A stretch of DNA of 64,000 nucleotides from Octopus sinensis (lineage: Eukaryota): the NCBI RefSeq assembly GCF_006345805.1, contig NC_043003.1, forward strand, positions 44,082,001-44,146,000. Direction: 5' to 3'. The position numbers and the translations under genes are program-made. Every line of letters starts with the position of its first letter. Position 1 is the stretch's first letter. Positions 1 through 14,171 of this stretch are shown one piece after another. A model generated the notes under the pieces. That model was not told where the DNA came from and did no database searches. It saw only the letters and a program-made list of their open reading frames with translations.

Positions 1-27
1 ATAGATAGATAGATAGATAGATAGATT

Positions 28-118
<91 letters not shown>
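1..118. repeat. (ATAG)n microsatellite
   Basis: Near-perfect tetranucleotide run at the window start. Confidence 0.98.
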
Positions 119-790
119 GCTTATGTACATGCGTATATGGATTATCGGAGATATTATAGTACTCATTACAAACACTGGGGTTACATGATCTTGATCCTGA
201 AGTTATGCAACAATGTCTATTGTAATTGGACATTAAACTTCCACTGTATTCTTGCTGATTTATTTGTAATACATGATTCACTTATCCCACACAAAATCAA
301 ATTTATTCTTCTACTACCTAATATAACATTGTAATATATCACATCTTGACTCGATATATTGATAAGAAGGAACCCAGAAAGTATGAATAAAATATATATC
401 CCCAGAAAGATTGTTTTATATGAATAATATCAAATACCATTTCGTTGAGAACTACCAATTTGAGATGAATAAGTGGTTGAAGCTAAAGGATTGGCTAAAC
501 GTAAAAGGGAATGTATATCAAAATTTCAGATCAAAGGGGAGAAAATTCAATATAGTGGAAGTGGTAGAGCGGGTGGATACCCTTCAGCAGTCTCTTTGAA
601 ACTGAAATTGCTGTATATAAGTGTATATGTTTAATATTATTACACGTAAGTGTTATTGTATATGGATGCTGGACTAGCTAGAAAAAGCCATCAGTCCTTC
701 CTTAAACCATTCCATGCTGACTTCAAAATCAGAGGAAACATTGCAAAAATATATTATGCCTTCAAAAATAAAGCAACATATGGGCAGTTC

Positions 791-1218
791 TATATTTAAG
801 AGATGAGGAATTATATACACTATTTACATTATATACATTCGACGGATATCTGTCCTCATCTTGTTTGTTGTCAACACAACGTTTCGGCTGATATACTCCC
901 CAGGTGTCTTGGGGAAATTTAGAACCTGGGTTCTCATTCCTAACTATTTACATTATTTTACACAAACTATTTACACTATTTACGTTATTTATATTCGACG
1001 GATATTTGTCCTCATCTTGTTTGTTGTTAACAACGTTCCTGCTGATATACCCCCCAGCTTTCTTCAGGTGTCTTGGGGAAATTTAGGAATGAGAATGCAG
1101 GTTCGAAATTTCCCCAATACACCTGAAGAAGGCTGGAGGGTATATCAGCCGGAACGTTGTGTTAACAACAAACAAGATGAGGACAAATATCTGTCGAAAG
1201 TAAATAATGTAAATAATG
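791..1218 (-). mobile_element. Penelope-like pLTR cluster: two tandem minus copies plus one inverted copy, with degenerate hammerheads
   Basis: The segment cgacggatat(c/t)tgtcctcatcttgtttgttg occurs at ~840 and ~996 and inverted at ~1165-1197. The plus copy reads acac-CTGAAGA-aggctg..cagcc-GGAA-cgtt-gtgt. Confidence 0.7.
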
Positions 1219-1524
1219 AACATATGTTTAGTTGCAATGTTCTTATTTTGAGACATGCTTGGGATAATACAGACGGACACACACACATACATATACATGG
1301 AAGTCCTATATATTACTCCAGGCAATTCATAGTACATATACTGATAAGCACATAGATATATACTCAAAGTATAAACCTCAGTAATATTGGGACGTCTGCA
1401 CTGACACGTATGTTATGAAACTCGGAAGTAATAGATAAAAGACTGGATAAAATATAAGAAAAACATCAACAATCTCGTTGAGGAATGTATTTCTTAAGCT
1501 CTATGACTATTTATATATTATTTT

Positions 1525-2205
1525 ATTCTTTTATTTGTTTCAGTTATTTGACTGCGGCCATGCTGAAGCGCTGCCTTTACTCGAGCAGATTGCCCCCAGG
1601 ACTTATACTTTGTAAACCTAGTAATTGCTCTATCGGTCTATTTTGATGAACCACTAACTTACGGGGCACACCAACATCGGTTGTGAAGCGTTGATGACGT
1701 GGGACAAGCACAGATACACAGGCACATATATATAAGCATTAAACACAGACACAGATACACACACACATATATATATGTTGATATATATATTATATGTGGA
1801 GGCGCAATGGCCCAATTGTGGTCGTAGGATCGCGGTTTCGATTCCCAGTCCGGGCGTTGTCAGTGTTTAGTGAGCGAAAACACCTAAAGCTCAACGAGTC
1901 TCCGGCAGGGTGTGGTGGTGATCCCTGCTGTATTCTTTCGCCGCAACTTTCTCTCATTCCTTCTTATGTTGGCCTGCTCGCTTAGCCAGCGGGGTGGCGT
2001 CATTTGAAGGCTAAAACAATGCGAATGGCATTGTCACCAGCGATATGTAGCAACATCTGATCGCCTGGTCGGTCAACGGGCTTCTTTCAGTTTCCGTCTA
2101 CCGTATCCACTCTCTCGGCTTTGCACAAGGCATTCACCGAAGGTGTAACACAGTGTGACTGAACTTGAAATGATGTGGTTGGGAAGGAAGCTTCTTACTA
2201 CTCAG
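1525..2205 (-). mobile_element. Degenerate SINE (family C) interrupted by a family B SINE
   Basis: Shares the blocks gactgcggccatgctg, cgagca..ccccagg and ctttcagtttccgtctacc with 58772-59185. Confidence 0.75.
1797..2074 (+). mobile_element. tRNA-derived SINE (family B)
   Basis: Head ggaggcgcaatggccc with B-box-like gtttcgattcc; an inverted homologue lies at 19549-19838. Confidence 0.8.
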
Positions 2206-2486
2206 TAAATAAGTGTACAAGTTTACACCTACACTTACACACACATACGTATATATACACAAAAACACGTACACAACGCATATATTCACATATATTCACA
2301 CACACACACATAGACACACACACTTACACACAAACACATGTATATATATATATCTTAAACATATATATTCCCCTGTGTACCATACCAAGTGATACTTGAT
2401 TATATGATTGAGTTAAGCTGTTTCGATGACACAATCACCGCATAATTGGATACGCGCATATTGATTTACATTTAGACGGGAACGTC

Positions 2487-2537
<51 letters not shown>

Positions 2538-3154
2538 GCATATCTTGATCTACGTTAGAGAAATTGGTTAATAGAACATATATAATTATTTAGTCTTCGG
2601 GGGATTGTGGACCAAACGTACTTCCACAAGCCTGATTGAACGTATTGCATATTACCGTTCGTAATGTTTGTGTAATATAATTTATTCTAACCTTTACTCT
2701 TTTGCTTTTCTCAATATAAATTTATTGAGTTTGTCTCTATACTATTTTCGTCTTTGTTTACCTCCAGCCATCCTCTCTGATCATTTGACTTCGTCTACGT
2801 AGTCAAAATGAAGTCACCCTCTTCATTGAAATATATATAAGACAATTGCAACGGAGAATTGGGCCTAGTTTTCCATGTTTTACACGTGAGTCATCCAGTA
2901 CAACTGTATTACATCAACATAGGCTCACTCCAGGTATACCTGCAGGTACTTCTGTTTCATCATGTGGTCTTGCTAAGAAATGTTCATTAATGACCGTAAC
3001 AGGCATAACTGATACCTTATCAGGTTACACTCTTTTACGCTTTCAGTCTTCTCGGCCTCGCCGCTGCGGTCATTCTTTTTCACTACTGTGGTCTTTCTGA
3101 TTTTCTCAGTCTTGGATGTTTCACATCACCACTCCTGTATGTGCCTTTCTCCCT

Positions 3155-3375
3155 GCTGTTACCCAACAGGGGAGTTTGATTCTCCTGCCCCCGTCTGCAC
3201 CACATGTCGGGCTGCTGGATCATCCGGTATTATGGAGAGAAGGTTGTCTAGTTCCTTTTTGAAGATATCTACATCCACATTACGCAGATATCTTAATTTT
3301 TTTGGCTGCGCATTGAAGAGCTGCGGGCCTTTGAACATCAGACCATTGCAGTATCTGTACCTGAATTCAGATAGA
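3155..3375 (-). mobile_element. CR1-group LINE 3' fragment
   Basis: Peptide YCNGLMFKGPQLFNAQPKKLR..FKKELDNLL is homologous to the C-terminus of the LINE at 9944-10429. Confidence 0.8.
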
Positions 3376-3497
3376 GTAAATGGTACCATTCGTACAAAAG
3401 AATGGCTGGCGTATACAATATTTGCTTATGTACAACTGCATGTATACATACATACATACATATATATATATATAATATATATATATATATATAATAT

Positions 3498-3528
<31 letters not shown>

Positions 3529-3608
3529 CATATATGTATACATGCAGTTGTACATAAGCAATTATTGTATATGCCAGGCATTGTTTTGTACGAATGGTAC
3601 CATTCACT
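3375..3608. repeat. ~76-bp inverted repeat with a (TA)-rich spacer (MITE-like)
   Basis: 3375-3450 is the near reverse complement of 3533-3608. Confidence 0.8.
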
Positions 3609-3619
3609 ATATATATATA

Positions 3620-3795
3620 TTGTATTTCGGAATGGTCATTTTGTCAGTTTAGCCAATAAAAACACACGCACTATATATTTGGTGTTGCTTTGCTTCAGTG
3701 TTATTTATTGGCTAAACTGACAAAATGACCATTCCGAAATACAACAATGTCTGTTTCAACACACGACTTCACATAAAAAAATCTTGCACAACAAA
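3620..3795 (+). mobile_element. Small fold-back element with 3' tail, between (TA)n tracts
   Basis: Perfect 41-bp arms at 3620-3660 and 3704-3744, followed by a ~50-nt unpaired extension. Confidence 0.75.
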
Positions 3796-3835
3796 TATAT
3801 AAATGTAACATATAGATATATATATATAATATATA

Positions 3836-3877
<42 letters not shown>

Positions 3878-3968
3878 TAATATTTACATGCCTGTATAGA
3901 AACACACACACACCACACACACACAAATAGAATAGATATATACATTGTTAGTTAGATAGATAGATATG

Positions 3969-4775
3969 AATTGAATTGAATTTAACTAGTTTCGGCGCCC
4001 GAGCTGTGGCCATGCTGTCGCACCGCCATTTGGCGTTGCTACATAGTTTTTACTTCACTAATTCTTTTTAGAACTTGACATTTGGTACATGACGGTGTTT
4101 GACGCTGCTGCGCTCATTTGCACTTCCTGCTGTGAAGGTTCTTTATCTGGGACTCTTGACAGCAAGAGATTCACTTTACATGCACACTATGTAATTCTTT
4201 CAGCTCTTTCGGGCGGATATCGAAGATCTGTGGTCATTTAAAGCCAGGACTATTGCAATAACATGTTCTATACAGTGGCGTCTTGTTCTAGCATTAGTGC
4301 AACTCTGATTGCCAAGTTTGGGACAAATTTCTTGAAATACTTCCAGATGTATATTACGCATATCTATCCCGCCTACATTCTGATAATCTATCCGGTGAGC
4401 CGCCAGTATCGCATTGCCATCTTAGCAACATGCACATGGAAGGATGCGTCATTACTCGTGTAAATGTTCAGGCCTTGCATTGACTGTGTCTCTGGAATTG
4501 CAGACCCTCCAGGTCCATTGTATTTAATTGATATTGTATTTTGCTTTTCATGCTGATAGCACAATACTGGGAACTTTTAAGCATTAAACTGCATGGCATT
4601 CTTCTTTGTCCACCTGTATATACACGTTGCAGGAGTATGGCGTCTTCAGGTTCTGTATTAGCCGCAAAACCTTTGAATCATCTCCATAACTTGTGATTGT
4701 TGCTCTCTGTCTGGCTGAGGGCACGTCTGAGAGATTCTTTATTGTGCAAGAGTTAACACCCTTTCTCTGCAACAA
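3969..4775 (-). mobile_element. Degenerate CR1-group LINE 3' part
   Basis: Similar to 9870-10960 (gagctgtggccatgctg 3' UTR; ATITSYGDDSK, the YADD-type RT motif). Confidence 0.8.
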
Positions 4776-5068
4776 CCCCTAATTCTCACTATTTCTGTGT
4801 GCGTCAGTCACCTGCTGACACATTAGCATTTCAGAAATATATTGGTATTTTATCGGCATAGTTCCCTATTTTAGAATAAATAAATAGATAAAATTTTTAA
4901 AAGATAAACAGGACAAAAAAAAACACAACTCAGAATTGTTTACTTTAGAAAAATCATATTATGAAAAAATAGACAGAAAATTGGTTATTAACGTAGGCAT
5001 ATGAAAATAGAGATGTGCAGACCAGACATATATATATATATATATATCTGTGTGTGTGTGTGTGTCTG

Positions 5069-5137
<69 letters not shown>

Positions 5138-6568
5138 ATATATATATATATATATATAGTGATATTTAGCACAAGCAACAGAATTGCTCATGGTATGATT
5201 GTTTCGTACGTTGGTAGTTACAAAACTCTTACACCTACATGTCTGTGTATGTATGAATATATATATGTGTGTGTGTGAGAGAGAGAGAGTGTGTGTGTGC
5301 GTGTGAGTGTATGTATGTGTGTATGAAGAGATAAACCCCTTAATATATCTGTACAATAATGTACAGATTGATATGCATGCGAAGTGATACCCAGATGAAA
5401 GAGAAAATAGTTAAACAGATAGAAATATATATATATATATATTGACGCAGATATAAATAGACAGACATAGATGTAGAAACCTGGAAGGAGATGGCGTATT
5501 TTATACTTTGTGTCCTTACGGACATTATGATTCTTGTGGAAATTAATTGCAACGCCTATAGAGCACATTAGGTTGCATCACATATTAGCATTAACACCGT
5601 CTATATCATAAGCAACCGCAACATTTGACACAATCACACTCCAGTCAGGCATATATGCAAGAAGCCATGAATTTTTACTAAATATAATGGTTATTTTCGT
5701 TCGGCAATCTTTCTTTGGGAAACTAAATTAATATTGAAAATGTATCTTATGGAAAATAACAAAGTTCCGTTTGAAAATATGGTTCTATCTAATGGTATTA
5801 TAAATTATTTCATAAATTTGGCTTAGACTTTTACAAAAGGTAAATAAATGTTTTATATATTTATATTAATACTGTATTTATTTTCATTTTATAAAAACAA
5901 CAAAGTCATCGTAAGCCGGCTTGCTCAGATTATACATGTGAGTAGCTTTATGTTGTTCAAACATTATATTTATTCCATAAAATGGTTTCATTTGTGGCCG
6001 GTTAAGTGTGAAGGTAAAATTTTAAAGTTACACGATAGAGGAGAAAATTGCTACTTTCATCTCCGTAAGTGAAGCGAATGTGTCGTAAAATGCTGAACAG
6101 AACAGAACATGAACAGAAGGTATTATGGTCTCTGGGGAAAACTGACGATGCCAAGTTCTATCAGTAAAATTTTGTGACCATATATGTATATTCTGTTTGT
6201 TGTTGACATATATGTGTGTGAGGGCGCATCCGTGCGTCTGCGTGTATATATGCATATGTGTGTCTGTGTGTGTCTGTGTGTGCGCGCTCGTTGTGTACAG
6301 AGATAAGAAAGAGAGAGAAAGAGAGGGAGATGGGGAGAGACAGAAGGCGTGAAAGAGAAAAATACTTTGATAGATATATATAGAAAAATAAAAAGATAGA
6401 AAGATATTGCAAAATTATTTATTTAGTTTGAAAACCTCATATCCATGCGGGTATTTGCTAATATCAGAGTGGCGTACAGTTTGTCTTTGTTTATGAGATT
6501 TTTCCTATCCATTTCCTGAACGTCCAATTATGCATTTAAACAGGATTCGATTATATAGCGCACTGGCA

Positions 6569-6618
<50 letters not shown>

Positions 6619-8558
6619 GATATTTCATATCATAGGTGGAAAATAATAAAATAATATAGATAGAAATGTATCATCCATAAATGAAGACTCCGTAGGAAGA
6701 TGTAATAAAATACATCCACTCGTCCTTACGAGTTACAAATTGTAAATTTCATTATATGCGTATGAAAAACTTTGTGTGAAGTATATCTGTAGCTATAGCC
6801 CTTTCTGCAATATTGCAAATTCACGTGGACAGCAATGTGTATGTTTACAAGTACAATAATGCAGTAGATTCCACATATGGAAAAAGTCTATTATGTTGGG
6901 ACTTTTTTACCTTTAATATTCTATATCTCAAGGGTTTCTGTGTGGCAATAATATGAGAGTAGTTTACATGATTTATTTTAGTTAAGATAAATCTAGACTT
7001 AGATTTGTCATTAATCCCCATCCCTGTTTCGAATAGAACAACCAATAATTTTTCTGGTGTAAATGTAATCGTAATTATTTAGACTGTAAAATGATGATCT
7101 TGGAATTAAATTAGAAATACACGTAGCAGTGGCCGGTGGTTGTACCGCAATGTTGGCTAGAAGAGCTTTAAATTGGTTTTACACGCCGAAAATTACAGGA
7201 CCAGAACAAATCAGATGCATTTAAACAATGTATGTGTGTGTCACTTCTAATTTTCTTGTTTATCAACTAGTTTGATATGTCGTTTTTGTGATGATTCGTT
7301 GTTATGAGGATGTCATAGTTGTGGGGACTATAGGAATGAAGATATTTCCTTCGTTTTGCTGCTTTTTTTCTACGAAATGAGAAGATACATTGCGGAAGTG
7401 ATATTGTCACGCATTGCTTTTGTTTATCTCCCGATGAGATATCCCACTCGTAAGGGATCGATGCTAGACTAGAGTGCATCCACTAAGCAAAATACTTGAG
7501 AAAAGTACCGGGTACGATTGAATGGAAATATGCGTGCATACGTATTATTGTGCATAATAGAACAAAACAGAAATGCTCTTATATGCCAATGTAAGTAAAA
7601 ATAAAGCTGCTTTCTTAGGCAGAGCACTTTCTGGATGGGCCAACCTTGGTTTTATTCATCTCGTACATCTTGAACAGCTGACTTCGTATACAATACACAT
7701 AATTTTAAGCTAGATTTCCCTTTCCCCCCACAACAATACTAAGCGTACATTTATGTGTTCTTTTTAGTGATGTGTTGGGTATTGTACTTCAATATTTTAG
7801 GTTACAATCTGCGAAAACATTTATATTTTTATATGCATTTTAGACGTTAAATGCGTTTCACTGCATTTACTTTGCTTTCAGTAGGGAGGGACTGTCTTTG
7901 GATCTCAAGCGGCCAACACATAACAAAGGATCTTGTTCGAAAACAACAATTCATCGGTTTTCTCGCATTTGTTTACATGACATAGAGAGTCGCATGTAAT
8001 GCACATTTAGACAAAGAACAATTCCAAACGAAATGAATACACCGCAAATCTTCCATTCACATTCGAGAATGAACACAAATATGCGCACAAATATATACAG
8101 AAATATTCAAACAAATATACACATGAGGTGTATTATAAAATGAGAGAGAGAAAAGTTAAAGAGAAAGACCGTGGAAGTTGAAGAAAAATTTCGTTACTGG
8201 AATATTTACATAAGCAAACACAAACGAGACTCAATGAAATAATATAGATAATCATTTACATGGTGTATCGAATTTTCAGTTGGTAATAACACGGATGGGG
8301 TTCAGAATGTTTTCATAATTTAGATTACTCGCGTCATGACGTTAAGAACGTTATTTCTTTCAGGTAAAATGTGACAGCTTTTCTGTACAAGAGATACAAA
8401 TTGTTGTTTTTAGTTCACTCCGGGGAGAATTGATAACCAAAAATCGTAAACAGAAGCCACTTGTATGTCAAAAACCCCTATATTTATTTTAAATTACTTC
8501 GGTTCTTGCATGCCAAAATTTTCTGAGGGTGTGCTGATGCAAACACACACACAAACAC

Positions 8559-8593
<35 letters not shown>

Positions 8594-9857
8594 CACTCAC
8601 ACACTCACACAAACACACACATAATAATACTAAATAACATTTAGCATAACATTTCCGTTTTACTATGTTTTATCTCTCAGTAAAACAGGGAGCAAATGTA
8701 GAAAATAGTATATCTATTGTCTTTTTCCTTTTTTTATTCATCAAACAACAATGTAAAGATACATTTGTTAGGATATACTGTCATTCTCGGACACCATAGA
8801 TAATTTTACAACACATGTCACATTTATCGCACACGAAATGTGGATCACAACGACGCCAAATCTCTCAAACACTATTCTTTCACTTTGGTTCGTATTCTAG
8901 TTTCGCACAATGCTAACCAATTTTACGCTGGCTAAAGGAAAAGTTGTCGAGACAAAACAATTTCCATAACTTTCTGTCAATATTTAAATAAATGCAGTAT
9001 GAAAATCTCTAGAAAATTTTCATAACATTTGTTTTGTCGCTTCAGCCATTGACGTCAATAATATGTCCAGTGACATGAACAATCAATAACAGATGCTTAC
9101 AGTCAAAACCCAACAAGTTTACTTCAATTATATTTATTAGTAATATTTTCTACAGAAGTGATGCTATATATCATATTGAGTCATAGAATATATGAGACAT
9201 TGTTTGTAGTATATCAGTGAATTAAAAGTAAAATCATCGTCTATTCAGACAGCTTGTATATAACGTGATATTTTTTTCCTCTATAAACATTTCTATTGAA
9301 AGTAAATTAAAAGATATATGTTGTCCAAGAATGACAGATGAGTTGATGATTTGATGGCTTCTTGGCGGAGCTTATCGTCAAAGTTCTAATGTTTGAAATT
9401 GACAACAAACTACCAAACAGTTAATTTGTGTAACATTTCGGAAGAATTTCCAAACGACGGATTTTTCTGCTGCTGCTGTTACTGCCACTACTACTGTTAT
9501 CATTACTACATAATAGGACATCTGACGCACTAGAAAGAGCATCTCTTATGTGTTTAAATATACACTGTATTTTTCTATGAATAATATATAGTCTATTGAC
9601 TAATTCTTCCTTCTCGCTAGACCACTGGTAGAAAAGAAATTTTCTAAAATTTTTTTACTACCCTTAGATTTATTAATTACTGATAAAAGGTTTTTTGGCT
9701 AATTTTGAAAGAAAATCGGCAATTGTATTTACTGCTGCAAAACCCGTGCGTGCGTGGTGGATTTTGAAAAGTTATAGCATATAGATACACTACATGGTCC
9801 TTATCGCCTCGTGCCTATATATTAGCCTTGGCTTCCTGCTGAAGATGGCAACGCCTA

Positions 9858-12360
9858 TTGATTGATTGATTGATTCTAGTTTCAGCTCATGAGCTGTGGC
9901 CATGCTGGGGCACCGCCATTTGGTGTTGCTACTTGGTTTTACTTCACGAAAGCTTTTTAGCAACTGCCATTTGGTGCATGAGAGGGTTCGATGCAGCTGC
10001 CCTCATCTGCACCTCCTGCCGTGAAGTTGGTTCATCTGGGACACCTGACAGGAAGAGATCCAGTTCCATTTTAAAGACACCTGCATCCACCCCATGCAGG
10101 TCTCTCAGGTTCTTCGGGAGGATATTGAAGAGCTGTGGGCCACGGAAGCCCAGGCTATCACAGTATCTTGTCCTACATCTTGATGGCAAATTTGGTGTCC
10201 TAGGCACCACGCAGTGGCACCCAGTTCTGGCACTTGTGTAACTCTCGATGCCAAAGTTTGGGACACGTCCCTCCAGGATCTTCCAGATGTATATTATGGC
10301 ATATCTTTCCCGCCTACGCTCCAAGGAATATAGTTTTAATCTCTTGAGTCTTTCCCAGTAGCTTACATTCTGCATAGAGGCTATCTTCTTCGTGTAGCTA
10401 CGCTGGATCGCCTCGAGCTCTGTGCTCAACTTGACACTGGACGGTGACCATAACTGAGAGCAATAGTCAAAGTGGCTTGAGCTCTGTGATCAACTTGACA
10501 CTGGATGGTGACCATAACTGAGAGCAATAGTCAAAGTGGCTTAGGACAAGTGTCCTCCAGAGGACCATCATGGTTTCTTGTTCTCTTGTTCTAAAGGTTC
10601 TGAGAATCCATCCAGCCAGCCGTCTACATTTTATTGCCAGTTTAGCAACATGTACATGAAAGGTCGCGTCATCACTCATGTGAATACCCAGGTCACGCAC
10701 TGATTGTGCCTTTGGGATTGCAATCCCTCCGGGTCCAGTGTATTCATTGGGTGTTGCATTCAGTTTTGCATGCTGATAGTATAAAGCTTGAAACTTTTCA
10801 GCATTGAACTGCATGCTATTCTTTTCAGCCCATTTGTATATTTCGTCCAGCTTACATTGCAGGTGCTTAGTGTCTTCAGGGTTCTGTATTGCCTGTGAAA
10901 CTTTTGTATCATCTGCATAACTTGTGATCGTGGCTCTCTGCGTGGCTGAGGGCATGTCTGAGAGGGCCATTATGAACAGTAGTGGTCCCAAAACAGTGCC
11001 CTGCGGAACACCGCTCACTATTTGTGTGTTAATGGAAGTGGCCCATTGGCTGTAACCACCTGACTTCTATTCTTCAGAAAGTCATGACGCCATTCTCCCA
11101 ATTTTCCAACTATGCCAAGATCACGCAGTTTGTGACATATCATTCCATGATCGACTTTATCAAAGGCCTTTGCAAAGTCGAGATATATGACTTCCACATT
11201 TGAGTGGTTGAGCAGTTGTTTCAGCACCCAGTCATAGTGTTGTAGGAGCTGAGTTAAACAGCTTCTTCCTGGTCGGAAACCATGTTGGGTGTCAGGCAGC
11301 AAGTCATTTTCTTCAAGGAAGGTGATTAGTTTCCTTCTGACTATTCGTTCCATGACCTTGCTGATGTGTGAGGTGAGAGAGATAGGTCTGTAGTTCTTGG
11401 CCTCTGCTCTGCTACCACCTTTATGAATAGGGCATATTTTACCTTCCTTCAGTTTTTTTGGAAGTTTGCCAGCTGCAAGGAAGCTCTGAAAGAGGATCTG
11501 CAGTGGTCTTGCTAGGACTCTCTTACATACTTTTAGGAGGATTGCCGGGAATCCATCGGGGCCAATAGCTGATTCTGTTTTCATTTCATCTATGGCCTTT
11601 ATTACATCGTCTTCCTTTATATCGATGTAATTTATCGTTGCCGCCTCTGATTTTATATCTGCAGTGGTAAAGAAGTCAGTTGGATTGGTGATTTGGAAAT
11701 GCCCGAGGGGTGGAGTGAAAACACTCTTGAATTGCTCATTCAGTATTTCACTTACCCTCATTGGTTTTCCTGTGAGTGTGCCATCCTTTTCAAGGAGTGG
11801 CCCTATCCTACAGTGCACCGTAGGCATACCTGTAGAAAGCTTTGGAGTTAGATTTTATGTTGTCTATAGCCCAGGCTTCTTTGTCTGCTCTTTCCTTTTC
11901 ATGGGAGAGTTGCAGACATTTTTCAATTTCCAACAGTTTTATTTTCAGGCGGGACTTTTCACTGCTTTCAATCTGTTTGTTTAGGCGATTTGAAATTTTT
12001 GTACGCCGTCTCATTAAGATTTTCCTCTCTCTGGGGATTTTGTTCTTGTGTACAGTGGCCTTTTTCTCTGGGACACATTTGTAGCATATGGCTTGCGTTA
12101 CAGACATGAATTGTTGAAGTTTCACGTCGATGTCTGGCGAGGAGAGACATTTAGGCCAGTTTTGTTTGAGGATCTCTTTCTCAATTTGTTTCCAGTTTGC
12201 CTTATGGTAGTTCAAGCTGGAAAGATTCTGAGGGTTTCTTGTAGGCTGCATGTCCGTGCTCTCTTTTGGCCCGTACATGGTCAGCTCTACCGTGTTGTGA
12301 TCCGAGAGTTGTGTCGGTGTCACTTTCACATTATGGATGAGATCCATATCGTAAATTAAA
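9858..12360 (-). mobile_element. 5'-truncated CR1-group LINE, frameshifted ORF2 (end of APE endonuclease plus RT)
   Basis: Motifs LSDHN, NYRPISLTS, QHGFRPGRSC, YLDFAKAFDKVDH, SGVPQGTVLGPLLF, YADDTK and LYSLERRRER; (ATTG)n tail at 9858-9873. Confidence 0.95.
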
Positions 12361-12759
12361 ATCATCTTATGTTATTTACAATTGATTGCCGAAACTATGC
12401 ATAGTCCAGGAAAGATAGGGTAAACGTTTTCATTTTCATTCTCTTTCAGAATTACAACTATTAGTGGTTTGGAGTTTAACTGCTTTTTCTAATGAGTCAG
12501 ATGTCCTATTATGGTCATCTCTTATGTGTTTAAATATACAGTGTATTTTTCTATAAATATATAGATAGATAGATATATAACGTAGATAGACAGATAGACG
12601 TATATGCTACATATGTATATATATATATATATATATATGCCGTATATTACCAATTACGATATGATCCGTGTTATGTCGCACCCTGCAACTCACATGAATA
12701 GGACTACACTTCTTGTGTTTTTAAATGCCATTGTAAGTGTGAACATTCGTGAATATATA

Positions 12760-12799
<40 letters not shown>

Positions 12800-12802
<3 letters not shown>

Positions 12803-13126
12803 GCATGGCTCAGTGGTTAGAGCGTCGAGCTTACGATCGTGAGGTTGTGAGCTCGAATCCCGGACCGGGCTGCGTGTTGTGTTCTCGAGCAAGGCACTTT
12901 ATTTCACGTTGCTCCAGTTCACTCAGCTGTAGAAATGAGTTGCGACGTCACTGGTGCCAAGCTGTATCGACCTTTGCCTTCCCTTGGATAACACTGGTGT
13001 CGTGGAGAGGGGAGGCTGGTATGCATGGGCGACTGCTGGCCTTCCATAAACAACCTTGCCCGGACTTGTGTCTAGGAGGGTAACTTTCTAGGTGCAATCC
13101 CATGGTCATTCATGACCGAAGGGGGT

Positions 13127-13130
<4 letters not shown>
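12800..13130 (+). mobile_element. tRNA-derived SINE (family A) in (TA)n
   Basis: A box tggctcagtgg, B-box-like gctcgaatcc, non-tRNA body; second copy at 58442-58756. Confidence 0.9.
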
Positions 13131-13160
<30 letters not shown>

Positions 13161-13164
<4 letters not shown>

Positions 13165-13403
13165 ATAATAAATATTAGGGAATAAATCCAAATTTACAGG
13201 GAAACAAATCAGATTTAGGATTAAATCCAATTTTATAGTAAAATATTATAAAATATTATTAGAGACAAAACCACTATTTTGCAAAACAAACAAGGAAAGA
13301 CTTAATCAATACATAAAATTTTAATTTAAAATTTTATGTATTGATTAAGTCTTTCCTTGTTTGTTTTGCAAAATAGTGGTTTTGTCTCTAATAATATTTT
13401 ATA
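13161..13403 (-). mobile_element. Fold-back Penelope-like terminus, same family as 42404-42835
   Basis: Perfect hairpin 13247-13403 (centre 13325) plus an ~86-nt tail at 13161-13246; (TA)n on both sides. Confidence 0.88.
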
Positions 13404-13409
13404 TATATA

Positions 13410-13506
<97 letters not shown>

Positions 13507-14126
13507 GAAAATCAATAATCAAGAAATCTAAATTTCAAACGTGCAGATGTTAAAACGTGGCGGTTCCTACCTTTGTTTAAAAATCATTGCGATGGATGCT
13601 GCACATGTTTAAGTAAGCACTGAAATATTTGCTACTGAGAAACCATCAAAATTATCTAAATCTCAAGATAACTTCAGGAATTCATAATGGTTTTAGTTAC
13701 ATCCGTGTCCTATCCTGTCATGTCGTTTACCTTATCTAAACTTCCAATCGTGTCTGTTGTTGTACCAAACTTATTTACAGCGAGTTCATACAAGTTGTTA
13801 CTCTAGATTTTTGAAAATAACAGTTCGAAAACATGTTTAAGGAAAATATTTAAAAGTATTTTGATGTGATTGTCAATTTCAGCAAGCCCAGATATTTTGA
13901 GATTACAGCTTTTATATTGTATTATTCATCAGATATCATCCAATTCATTTAGAAATCTCGAAATATATCATTAGACATTGAAGATAATATAGGTGGACTA
14001 AGGAACACATGAGCTTTCAGATTTGTGAGTTTTGATATATTTCAATGTTTTACTGAGTAAACAGGTCCGTCAGCAGATTTAGATTCCACTGACAATGTTG
14101 TAGGGCCGTCAAGTATATATATGCTG

Positions 14127-14171
<45 letters not shown>

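Noticed and set aside
2621-2675. Possible hammerhead (cctgattgaacg...cgttcgtaatgtttgtg)
   Set aside because: A stem II-like pairing exists, but both core strands deviate; too degenerate to call.
12800-12870. tRNA gene (also 58442-58512)
   Set aside because: A and B boxes are present but run into a shared ~260-bp non-tRNA body, so these are SINE heads.
13870-13935. Isolated CTGATGA/CTGAAGA words here and elsewhere (e.g. 24998, 34581)
   Set aside because: No pairing stems I-III or correctly placed GAAA-NUH.
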